Shown here in pieces: positions 11,560 to 24,819 of a stretch of 64,000 nt of DNA (positions are counted from its first letter, which is position 1; the number at the start of each line of letters is the position of its first letter). The stretch comes from Octopus vulgaris (Eukaryota): positions 39,246,001-39,310,000 of the forward strand of contig OX597820.1 of the NCBI GenBank assembly GCA_951406725.2. The letters are read 5' to 3'. The translations under genes and the position numbers were made by a program. The notes under the pieces are model-generated. The model saw only the letters and a list, made by a program, of their open reading frames with translations, ran no database searches and was not told where the DNA came from.

Positions 11560-13489
11560 TGTTTTATTCCTACCCACAAGAGGCAACATAGAGGGGACAA
11601 TACAATCGGGAAAAATAAAATAATGAATTATGAAGTTTGTACAATGTGGTGTAATGCCTATTCGATCCCCGAAATCGAGCGGTTACATTTCGTCATTTTT
11701 TATTCGTCAACAATATTTTCCAAATACAAAACCTTTTACACATTTTCAACATACATTTCAAAAATTTTAGAAAGTTCAACATTTTTTTTTTCAGAATCTA
11801 AAGTACTTTTTATCATTTCCAAATTAAAGTATTCACAATACCTTTTCTTTTATATATACTCCATTATCTCTACCAAATCTTGGTAAATTTCCATCGTTTG
11901 TGGCCACCTTGTAAGTCGGCATTTCATATGTTTTGAGACGTTCTTGCCAGCTGCCTCGATGAACGCCTCGGCGTTGTTCTCGTGGACGAGTGCACCTGTT
12001 TCTTTCCATTCGGTGACCATCCTGACCCACGTATATCCATCTGTTTCGCTTATTAAATCTTCCATCTCCTCACAGTGCCTGTGATGGATCAATGTTCCAT
12101 AGTATTTGAATCTTTTATTCGTACCTGCATTTTCTCTAGTTTTTCTCTTAGGACTTACTTCCTCTTTTTTCTCCTCTCTCGGTTTCTCTCTTTCTCTCTT
12201 TTTGCTTTCTCTTCTTTCCTTTTCCTTCTCTTGTCTTTTAGACTCTTTGTCTGACGTCTCTCTACCCTGTGCCTTATGTTCCTTTCCTGTTGTTTCTTTT
12301 CCGTTTTGCATACCATCTTTTCCTTTCTCTTGGTTCTGTTCCTTCTCTTGTTCTTTTCCTGTTTTTTCTCTTTCCTTTAATGTACTTTCCTTTTCTTTCT
12401 CTTGCTTCTGCCTTGGCTCCTTCTCCACTACTTCTCCACCCTGTGAATTTTGTTCCTTTTCTACTATCTTCTTCCCTTTGTTTTCATTGTCCTTCAGTGC
12501 GCTGTTACTTCCCTTCTCTTGTTGTTTCTCCGTTATTTCCTTTTCCTTGTTTTCGCTGTTCTTTCCTTCGTGTTCTTTTTCCTTCTCGTTTTTGTTCTCT
12601 CTCCACTTTGTGTCTCTTTTTGCTCCGCTATGAATTCATACAGAGGGCATTCCTTTCTTATATGCCCTCTTGACCCGCAGAAGTAGCAATACGGTTTTCT
12701 CCCCTCCACAATTACACTAATTGTTTTCTCGTTTTCTATTTCTATTTGGAAGGGAAACCTTTCGATATCTTCCATTGTGGCCATCAGCCACAACTCTACT
12801 CCGAATCCCTTCCAATTTACAACGTTGGTCTCCTTGATTGACCCTATTTCTACTTCCTCCTTTGCTGACCCTAGAATGGCTGTTACCAGCATTTCTGCTT
12901 TTATTTCTGGGGGCACCTTTGGGACTCTTACCCGTACCCCTCGTCTTCCTTTATACGTCGGCCACATAGTGAAATTTTCGGCTTTCAGTTCAGTGGAAGC
13001 TAATGAGGCCGCCACTTCCTTTGTTGCGCATCTCACCTCTACCGTACCATATTTCTTTCCTCTGTCTACAAAAGTCGCTTTTTTCATAATGTCCTCCAGA
13101 CATTTCTCTATTTCTTCAATCGTCACTCTCACCAGTTTTCTCGTGTTCCTATATTGCGTTCTATACGTTATCGTCTTGTTATTTCTCTCCTCTATTGTTT
13201 CAACAGGCGGGACCAGCTTCACGCTGTCACCCTCCCTTTTGACGAACTTCTCGTATTTCTTCAATTGTTCTTTTCTAAAGAACACTTCTCTTATTCTAAG
13301 AGACTCATCACTTTTTGTTGTGGCGACCCCCGTGTAAGTCTCCATGACTAGGGGGTCGACACACCTTCTATAAAAGGTTCAAACACGCAGCGGCAGACGC
13401 CTCGCGCGATTCAATTTTTTGACAATTTTTTAACAGTTTTTTTTTCCAAATTTTTCACATACAAAATAACTAACCAACACACTCAATGA
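11560..13489 (-). mobile_element. ORF1-only non-autonomous retroelement ('half-Tx1'), copy 2
   Basis: Colinear, highly similar copy of 9635-11549 with scattered substitutions. The right boundary is AGACTGGAAT (13490-13499). Confidence 0.88.
11850..13345 (-). CDS. ORF1/Gag-like CCHC protein, one frameshift near 12590
   Basis: ORFs 12533-13345 and 11850-12428. Contains VEGRKPYCYFCGSRGHIRKEC. A 14-nt extra segment (cgtttttgttctct) relative to copy 1 shifts the frame. Confidence 0.8.
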
Positions 13490-14170
13490 AGACTGGAATG
13501 TTAGCTCTTCTTTTTTCTCTACATTGTATACTTTATAGACAATAGTCTTTTCTTTAATCGAATTTTTTATTATCCATCTGGACTATTCCATTTCTGCACG
13601 CTAATTTTATTTTTAATTTAATTCCCATTCATGTGAAACCACTTATTCAAGTTCAAATCATTGATGCAATTTTATACCAATTGCTATTTTTACTTATATT
13701 ATACTTTAGTTTGATTTTAATTATTACTTACTACATATAATCCAATTGTTATTATTATTTTTATTGTTAAAGTGAAAGCATCTGACATAAAAATAGAGAA
13801 ATATTTTTGTTTCACTTTTAACACGTAATACTGAAATAGTGGAGAAGATATGATATTGCTATGGGCTCGCTCTAGGCAAGAAGTTGAACATTTTGTTTGC
13901 CCATGAAAGTACATTGACCCTAAGTAAGGTATGTGTAAAATTTGAATGAAATTGGTTGTGTAGTTCTCAAGTTTTAGGGAATCGTAGTGGAAAAGAAATG
14001 ATATTATTGTGGGCTTGCCCTAGACAAAAAGTTAAATTTTTTTGCCGATAACACTCCCCGGACCCTAAGTAAGGCATATGTAAAATTTGAATGAATTTGG
14101 TTTTGTAGTTCTCAAGTTTTAGGGAAACACACAGACAGACAGACACATATTCTCAGTTTTATATATATAA

Positions 14171-14223
<53 letters not shown>

Positions 14224-14611
14224 GGGGGTGATTGAGTGTGCGTGAGTGTGTGTGTACAGAGAAAGAAGGAAAACTTGAGAGATATAGAAAACAGATAGAC
14301 AAAGTCATTAGTGTGAACTGCCGTTAAGCAGCAAAGTATAATCAATATGGTTAAAACGGTATATCTTCCAGAATGTGTCTGTTTTAATGCCTTTTCCGAA
14401 TTTCTCATTCTTGTTAAATATATTCCATATTTGCCCTGCAGTCTAATGTAGTTTGTGAATCCTAACCCATTAGTAAGTATTTATTCAGCACTTTGCACTA
14501 ATTTTACATCGATAAATATCCGATAAATATATATAAAAACTCTTAAATTTCATAATATAGTGTTATCTTAAATTACACGATGTAATTTTTATCGTAAATT
14601 TCAACGTAACA

Positions 14612-16626
<2,015 letters not shown>

Positions 16627-17233
16627 ATGTGATCTATTTCTAGCATATGGCTGTCCACATCGTGGTTTTTAGCCCTAAATATATACATGTATTGGAATTT
16701 TCTCTGATTTTCCAGATTTTTATATGCTAGGCTACTGGTTTTAAATTGATATTAATTAAATTAATATTCAATTTATCTCCCTCATTATTTAAATGTTAAA
16801 ATAATTATGATCTCTAATACGCAGCATTAACTGCAGTAGATTATTTGCAGCAGATTTTGTTTCCGGAATTTAGCGCGCCAGAACTCATACATTTGAAATT
16901 AACCCCAATGTAATCGGTGGAACTAAGCACGTGTCTGGTTTTATACAGAAAACTGGTGGTTAGTTTTACAAATTATATTGCTTTTGGAACGATCGTACTG
17001 ACGAGTTCTACGGACGAAGGATTACGTAAGTAATTTACTCGTTGATAGACGAAACCGGTATACGATTAATTCTTGATTTTTATATAATTTTTATCTGTCT
17101 TGCCCGCCTATTGTTCTGGTGTCCGCTGAATTTTCTCTAGAGAACATTCTTTCTTTTTATTTTTGATCGTATGTGATCTATTTCTAGCATATGGCTGTCC
17201 ACATAGTGGTTTTTAGTCATAAATATATACATG
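16627..17233 (+). mobile_element. Terminally redundant, apparently non-coding hammerhead-containing element (retrozyme-like or Penelope pLTR)
   Basis: A 63-bp direct repeat at 16627-16689 and 17171-17233 gives a period of 544 bp. It has an internal hammerhead and is followed by (GATA)n. Confidence 0.7.
16992..17066 (+). ncRNA. Type I hammerhead ribozyme
   Basis: ATCGTA-CTGACGA-[helix II: TCTA/TAGA, GACGA/TCGTT, GATTAC-GTAA-GTAATT]-GAAA-CCGG-TA-TACGAT. Helix I is ATCGTA/TACGAT, helix III is the palindrome ACCGGT, and the GUA cleavage triplet ends at 17060. Confidence 0.88.
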
Positions 17234-17238
17234 GATAG

Positions 17239-17294
<56 letters not shown>

Positions 17295-19074
17295 GAATGT
17301 GTGTGAATGCATTTAGGAGCGAGATGAAAGAAATTATATATTTGTAGAGTGTGGGTGGAGTCGAGGGGATGGTAGAGTCAGTTTCTCTGGTTTGATAATT
17401 TATAGGAAAAAATCTTTATCAACTCAAACACTTTAAAAATAGGTGAAAATTTCTTAATAGAAAACTAACATCAACGCTAATTTTAACCTCGCTTTGAGGT
17501 ACGCTCTGTAACAAATCGAATTGACATTATCTGCAAACATCTTATATGATACTAAAATAGCACAACACCATCTTAGAAATCCTTACGTGTCCTATCTAAG
17601 CCAAGAACATTAATTAATCAGCAGAGAACCATCGAGCAACACAAATTCTGACATGAACCAACATGCAAATTTACTTCATATAATCTGCTTTGAAAACATG
17701 CCTAACAGAACCCACACAATTCGTTTATCAAACACGAAAATTGTCCCTTCCTCTCCAGTCTTACCCGCCTGCTCTTCCCTATTTATCCTTCGTAAATGGA
17801 CACTCCTGATTACAAATTCATTGATACCCCACCTAATCTTCATATATATTATCCCATCCACCGAAGGAACACCTTGCCATAAACAGTACATGTGAAGCTC
17901 GGACACAAAACTAAACCACAGCCGAATTCGTTAGAAAGCCGAAACTTCGAAGTTACTGCCAAACTTTTTTTTGTCAAAATTAATTATGATTGTATGTTTA
18001 TTTTTGGCTGTGTGTTTGTGTATGTAAGCATGCATATATGTACGTACGCACGTATGTATGTAGGTATGTATGTATGTTTGTATGCATGTATGTATGTATA
18101 ATGCCCGTTTATCTTTATACTAGTGTCCTTCATAATACGGCAGTCATGCGTCTAGTGTTTTAGCCGATCGTATTTGCACTAGCACTTATTTCAATCTGGT
18201 ATATATCATTTTATCCAGGCGATAATAAACGGGTATAACATAAAAGAGAAACATCAGTTTTTAGAAAGTATCGGTTTTCGAAATAAGCATCAGCTCAGAT
18301 GCCTACATTCTTACACATCTTTTCACTACTGTCTCTTGTCCTCTCCACTCTCTCTCCTTCTGAACTCGAGTCTGCTATCGGGGATATGTGCCCCCAGCTT
18401 CTGTGCTTGGGAATAAAGTCGGGAAAGACTTGGTTAAGAAGTAAACTTTCTAATTATACATTTGCTTCTTATGCGTCTATTCGTGACAGCGCTTGTATTT
18501 CGTTTGCTGATGTAAAAAAAAAAAGGTGTTGTATCAACATTTGATAAATACAGAAAGAGTACTAGACTGAAATATTTACTGGGGTTGAAATGACCAAATA
18601 AAATTTCTGGAATGCGATGCCCCATCATTGCCACAGTTACATCACTCAACCTCAGGAAAAAATGGATAAACGCATAGTTAAGTAGGTTATGTCCCTCATC
18701 CCTTCAAGGTTAACAAAATAGAAATATTAATTATATACAAGGAGACGATTACGTCAAACTTTTGCCCTGTATTATCATCCATGTGGTTTTCAGGCTTGCT
18801 CAAATAAGAAACATTTTATTTGGTGGATTAAGACGAATGCCGCAAGTTAATCTTGCAGATAATTTTAGCAGATAGAACTAAATATCTATTAGTGAAAGTA
18901 ATACTTCTCTGTCAATTGTCCTAATTGATTATTCATTATAACTGTTTGGAAATAATTACCACATCGTTCCACCATTCATCTGCGAATTAATTCAATTAAT
19001 TAATTTCTGAAACTTTCCGTTACGTACACGCGCATACATATGCGCGCGCATGGCTGTGTGGACGCGTATATAAG

Positions 19075-19106
<32 letters not shown>

Positions 19107-20162
19107 TATACATATATGTGTGTGTATATATATTGTGTTTGTGTGTACGTGGTGGTGAGTGTATTGTGTGTGCATACTCATTAAAGGTATCGCCCGTCGC
19201 AGAATAGAAACTAATTCGATGTGGAGATATATGTATATGTGTATGTACATATACGTATGTGTGTGTGTGCATGCGTGCAAGCACACATATATATGTGTGT
19301 ATGTATGCATGTATGTATATATGTATGCAGGCATGCATGCATGTATGTGTGTATCCATGTGTGTGTGGGTTCATATATGTATGTACGTGTGTGTGTATGT
19401 ATGCATTGGAAGGAGTGCATATCTTAATTAAAACGGTGTTATAGCTATCCATATCATTAATATAGAAATCCTGTATAAGATGCAAAACAAGAATAAGTTA
19501 TAAAAAGCTACCATTACTAAAATGTATTTATCATGCTCTCTTCTACAAAATCTCTTTTAAAAATGGAAGGAGAATATCTCTTGTAAGGAAATATTTTCGA
19601 CGTAGAAATGTTAGATTAAGAAGCAGCTAACAAAATCCCTGTCTATAGCTTAAATATATCAGGTAAATCTTGGCAAGGATATAATTACCTTCAGAGACGT
19701 CTTAATATAGGGTATTAATTTGGCTCGGAGCGATGACTAATGTACAAACTCTACCTTAATTTTATTTCATGGCAAGTATTTATCAATGATAGAATATTTA
19801 TAAATAATAAATTATATCGTAAAGAACACAGTCGCATGAAAAAAATCCACCTTCTTGATTATAGTTATTACATGTATTTCACAAGATACAACCGCAAAAT
19901 AGCTTATATTCTTGGAACTAGCGCATATCGCGAATAAATTGCTTTAGTAGCTATTGTTATACACATACAGTTGTTATGCACATACAACAACAGAATGAGA
20001 TGGGAATTGTAACTGTTTTTGATGATAATTAAGGTGAACCAAAATAGACTTTCTGAAAAAGTTGGACAATAACAATTCCTGAGAAATTCAAGATATATAT
20101 AAATTCAATTCAAGATATATATATATATATATATATATATTCATTTCAGGATATGTGTGTTT

Positions 20163-20256
<94 letters not shown>

Positions 20257-20351
20257 GTGTGGGTATTAGGGTTAAAATTGACATTTTGCATTATATCCCA
20301 TTGAAAAATAAAACTACTTTTAAAAGAAAATGAAAATCTATCAAATATACT

Positions 20352-20745
20352 TACTCAGAGTAGCTACCCTCAGTCTCCACAACTGCCTCAAGACCGCCGC
20401 GGAATCTAGCGCATGCGTTACTTACTACATCCTTTAGACTACCCGCTCAGCCTTGGAGTTGCAAGCAGAGTGGTTGGTGTCTTTCCCAACGTGGTCCACA
20501 CATAATAATCCATGGAATTACAATCGGATTAATTAGGAGGCAAGGATCTGGGGCTGGTGAAATTGTAGAAATTCTGACAACCATTTCTAACTCTTTCTGG
20601 AAGTATGACTCGACCCGACTCATTCTGCTACGCATATGGCTTTCCAGCAGCAACTGTCTTCAGTCAAGATTTGATTACAGTCTCCAGCAGTTTCATATAT
20701 CCAGCTGAATTGAACCCAAGCCCCTGCTTAAAGATGGGTGACGAA
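20352..20745 (-). mobile_element. Tc1/mariner (maT/DD37D-like) transposase C-terminal remnant
   Basis: Minus-strand translation across stops: IFKQGLGFNSAGYMKLLETVIKS*LKTVAAGKPY...HTSRKS*KWLSE...PPN*SDCNSMDYYVW...ACARFRGGLEAVVETEGSYSE*. Confidence 0.82.
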
Positions 20746-21112
20746 TCCTGGCGTGTGAATGCAGTCAGAGCGTGTACTGTGACCCGTCCTACTGACCACG
20801 GTGACGTAGACTCCGTTGCAGTTGTCAATGTCACGTCTTAAAGCTTTTGCCGTGTTCACATTGCATTGTCATGATGTCGGCCCTTTGATATCTGGCGTGA
20901 ATCATCATAATACTGGTAATTTTTTTCTTTTTGAATACTCAGATTACTTCCATTCCTCCATGTCAGCTAACTATCCATCAACAACAATTTAATCTTTATG
21001 CTCTACAACGTCCAACGCCATTTACAATTTACCAATACTGAAAACATTTAGTGTGCATACCCTATAAATAAATAAATAAATATATGGCGGGTATGTGTCT
21101 GTATTATGTGTA

Positions 21113-21483
21113 TGTCGGTGTGGAACATGTCCTAATCTTTTGGAAGGTTCAGAATTCCATTTTAAACAGGGGCAAAAATTCAACTTCACATGCGCCTCAG
21201 CAAACCTCATTTATGTCATAAGATGCTCGGGCTCTCATTAAGATTATATAGGTTCAACAGGAATGTCACTTAGACGTAGATTTACAGTTCACAGACAACA
21301 GATCTCTTCCCCACAATATCGCCAGATACATCTCAGTGAACACATTGACAGTTGTGCAGAACAACTGCTACCACACTTCCTAATCTTCCCATTATATGTA
21401 GGTGCCATTTGGACCTCAACTTAAGTGCTACTAAATAAAGAGGCCTCATTTATCGAAAAAATATAAGCCAGAACTGAATATAA
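21113..21483 (+). pseudogene. Penelope-like element GIY-YIG endonuclease remnant
   Basis: CGTCPNLLEGSEFHFKQGQKFNFTCASANLIYVIRCSGSH*DYIGSTGMSLRRRFTVHRQQI...LSEHIDSC...FLIFPLY. Homologous to ORF 25183-25620. Confidence 0.85.
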
Positions 21484-21805
21484 CCTCATAGTGAAAATTA
21501 AAGATTTATTTCCCTTTTAGTGATAAATACTTTGTTACCAATTACCCAGCCCCACTCCACTAAGAAACGAAACTTCTTATTTTGAATTGCATCTAACACC
21601 CAAAATTTGAAAAGGTCCAGCGGAATGGTTATTTTATTAGAGGAAAAAATTTTATTTTGTATAATATTGTATGATACTTTTGTCATGAAGATTTAAATAT
21701 ATCTTTTAGTCTCGTATAAGAAATCTTGTATGGTTTTTATCTTATTTCTTTCCTTATATATTCAACCACATGTAATCACCAACCGTACTTTCTCACTTAT
21801 ATGTA

Positions 21806-21848
<43 letters not shown>

Positions 21849-21854
21849 GTTTAA

Positions 21855-21961
21855 ATATTTGTTGTGCAAGATTTTTTATGTGAAGTCGTGTGTTGAAACA
21901 CCAAATATATAGTGCGTGTGTTTTTATTGGCTAAACTGGCAATATGACCATTCCGAAATAT

Positions 21962-21966
<5 letters not shown>
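21855..21966. repeat. Rearranged fragment of a dispersed repeat also present at 41100-41345
   Basis: tatatagtgcgtgtgtttttattggctaaactggcaa...gaccatt matches 41234-41290, and 21855-21900 is the reverse complement of ~41298-41345. Both sites are embedded in (TA)n. Confidence 0.75.
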
Positions 21967-22003
<37 letters not shown>

Positions 22004-22056
22004 GAATAATATGACAACAAAAGAATGAATGAAACCTCGATATTATGTAAGTAGAG

Positions 22057-22138
<82 letters not shown>

Positions 22139-22633
22139 GAAATGAGGTACTCAGAAGATCGGATGGTTTATATTTACAGATCTTTATTTATATATTACAT
22201 TATTATATATATATATATATATATATATCATATCACTTAGATCATTAGCACTTTCTCCCATTCTAGTGGGGTTTTCAAATCAAACTCAGTTCCTGTGTGA
22301 GGAATTTTGATCATTTTATAGAGTTTCGTAGTGGTGGGGAGGAATATAAGACAGTACAAGAGGATGATGGATGAGGAGAAAGTGAGAGAGAGAACATGTG
22401 TGTATGTGTGTGTGTGTATGTGTTTTTGTATCATATAAAGAGAAAGAGAGGAAGGGAGATGGAAGAAGAAGAAAATAATTTTTTGGGTCTGCTGGACAGA
22501 ATATTTACTCCAATGGGGTTCTAAGGCCGTAGGAAAAAAAAGAAGAATTTCAGCTTTGACCACTTCACAGTGTCACTGAGTGTGTGGTGGCGGGGAGGCA
22601 GGCCATAAATTATATTTCCTTTTATCATTGTGA

Positions 22634-22831
<198 letters not shown>

Positions 22832-22869
22832 TAAGGGAGGAAGGGGAAAACATTGTGTTGATATTTATA

Positions 22870-23031
22870 CCACTATATATATATACATGCTTATACATGA
22901 AATATTAGAAAAAATACACCTTTTATCGATTCAAAATGAACAACTAAATTACACCATCTTGAAAATTGCATATCATAGGAAAGTTAAAATTAAAATGACA
23001 ATTACAAAAATAACATAATGTATATAACAGG

Positions 23032-23037
<6 letters not shown>
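22870..23037 (-). repeat. Direct repeat of 24893-25088 (3' UTR of the Penelope-like GIY-YIG element)
   Basis: The sequence catgcttatacatgaaatattagaaaaa...tgtatataacagg is shared, with one ~20-bp indel. Confidence 0.85.
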
Positions 23038-23092
<55 letters not shown>

Positions 23093-23237
23093 AAAAGCAA
23101 TAAAGATTCAAGTCAATTTTAATGAATTTACTTGAATATGGTACCTAACTTAGATGCACCAAAAAACTATACGGTTTTAACAATACAGTAATGTGGGGTG
23201 ATTATAAGCGAGAAAGAAGCAACAAGAATGGATAAGT

Positions 23238-23328
23238 TTTTAGTACAATCGTTTCATACAAAGACAGGCTTTATTAAAAGTTGCAAAAATTGCAGCATAT
23301 AAACGTGTCCCGTACTCATCAGCTAAAA
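23238..23328 (-). ncRNA. Type I hammerhead ribozyme (left-arm copy)
   Basis: Reverse complement of 24648-24738. Confidence 0.8.
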
Positions 23329-24647
23329 TACATGTGAGTTCTCTAGACATCTTAGTGGTTGAGGCTATACTCATGAAGTAATGTAGATAATTAAGTAACA
23401 TAAACAGATTTCCAAAGTTCATTAAAGTTCTTTAAAGATGATGTACAGTCTTATCACAGATTTTTAAAAAAGTTTTAATAGCATCACAGAGAAGGTGACT
23501 TAATCCATAGTGTACATATGAATTTCCAGAGATATGAGGAGGGATTACATACTCACAGACGACAAATTTATCCATGGCTAATCACAACGAGGTGGGTATC
23601 AATTCCTGCTTATTAGCATTACAGAGAGGGTGAATTAATCCTTTGTATAGGTGCACAATTTCCAATGGTGTAGATGTAAATTTCCAGAGAAATGAAGAGG
23701 AATTTCATATTCACAGACGATAAATTTATCAATGGTTTAACACAATGAGGTAGGTATCAATTCTTGCTATATGATTAGGTATTTGCCACATTAATCACAT
23801 TACTGCTATTTTCAAGAGACTGTAGCTATTTAACTTTTAAAGGCTGAAGGGCTTTCTAGAGAGGCAAAGAACAGAAAGGGAAGGAAAGAGAGGAAAAGAG
23901 AGAAAATAAAGGAGGAGGGAGCAAAAGGGGGGGACTAAAAGAGAAGAGAAAAGGAAAAAGAAAAAAAGAAAATAGAGAATAAGAAGAAGAAAAAGAAAAA
24001 GAGAAAAGAGAAAGAAAAGAAAGAGGGAAAGAAGGGAGAAAAGAAAAAGAAAAAGAGGGTTCTAGTTATACAGAAGAATTTCTCTCTTTTCCTCTCTTTC
24101 CTTCCCTTTCTGTTCTTTGCCTCTCTAGAAAGCCTTTAAAAGTTAAATAGCTACAGTCTCTTGAAAATAGCAGTAATGTGATTAATGTGGCAAATACCTA
24201 ATCATATAGCAAGAATTGATACCTACCTCATTGTGTTAAACCATTGATAAATTTATCGTCTGTGAATATGAAATTCCTCTTCATTTCTCTGGAAATTTAC
24301 ATCTACACCATTGGAAATTGTGCACCTATACAAAGGATTAATTCACCCTCTCTGTAATGCTAATAAGCAGGAATTGATACCCACCTCGTTGTGATTAGCC
24401 ATGGATAAATTTGTCGTCTGTGAGTATGTAATCCCTCCTCATATCTCTGGAAATTCATATGTACACTATGGATTAAGTCACCTTCTCTGTGATGCTATTA
24501 AAACTTTTTTAAAAATCTGTGATAAGACTGTACATCATCTTTAAAGAACTTTAATGAACTTTGGAAATCTGTTTATGTTACTTAATTATCTACATTACTT
24601 CATGAGTATAGCCTCAACCACTAAGATGTCTAGAGAACTCACATGTA

Positions 24648-24738
24648 TTTTAGCTGATGAGTACGGGACACGTTTATATGCTGCAATTTTTGCAACTTTT
24701 AATAAAGCCTGTCTTTGTATGAAACGATTGTACTAAAA
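24648..24738 (+). ncRNA. Type I hammerhead ribozyme (right-arm copy)
   Basis: TTTTAG-CTGATGA-GTACGGGACA...TGTCTTTGTAT-GAAA-CGATTG-TA-CTAAAA. Helix I is TTTTAG/CTAAAA, helix II is GU-rich with a long loop, helix III is the quasi-palindrome ACGATTGT, and the triplet is GUA. Confidence 0.8.
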
Positions 24739-24766
24739 ACTTATCCATTCTTGTTGTTTCTTTCTT

Positions 24767-24819
<53 letters not shown>

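Larger units (their letters stand above)
4434..14173 (-). mobile_element. Non-autonomous Helitron (~0.85 kb of own sequence) split by an ~8.9-kb nested retroelement array
   Basis: Minus-strand 5' end A|TCTTTATATATATAAAA at 14173 and 3' end CTAG|T at 4434-4437. A GC hairpin, GACCCG-N7-CGGGTC (4445-4463), lies just inside the 3' end. Both ends sit in (TA)n. Removing the insertions rejoins ...tataacagactggaat|gttagc... An internal ~67-bp direct repeat (13916-13982, 14061-14127) and a GACA tract lie near the 5' end. Confidence 0.72.
23212..24764. repeat. Near-perfect ~690-bp inverted repeat with a ~170-bp purine-rich spacer (inverted Penelope-type terminal repeats)
   Basis: Arms 23212-23905 and 24079-24764 are reverse complements apart from an 8-bp indel and rare mismatches. 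An identical 60-aa ORF is called on both strands. Confidence 0.95.

Noticed and set aside
17480-17906. Possible GIY-YIG-like remnant (HTIRLSNTKIV)
   Set aside because: The similarity is too short and weak to support a call.
20345-20420. Apparent promoter and first exon: GCGCATGCG motif plus a minus-strand GTAAGT donor
   Set aside because: The sequence is the coding end of a maT-like transposase (ACARFRGGLEAVVETEGSYSE*), so the motifs are coincidental.
23240-23422. Identical 60-aa ORF on both strands (also 24554-24736)
   Set aside because: It results from the inverted repeat, overlaps the hammerhead and has no protein motif.
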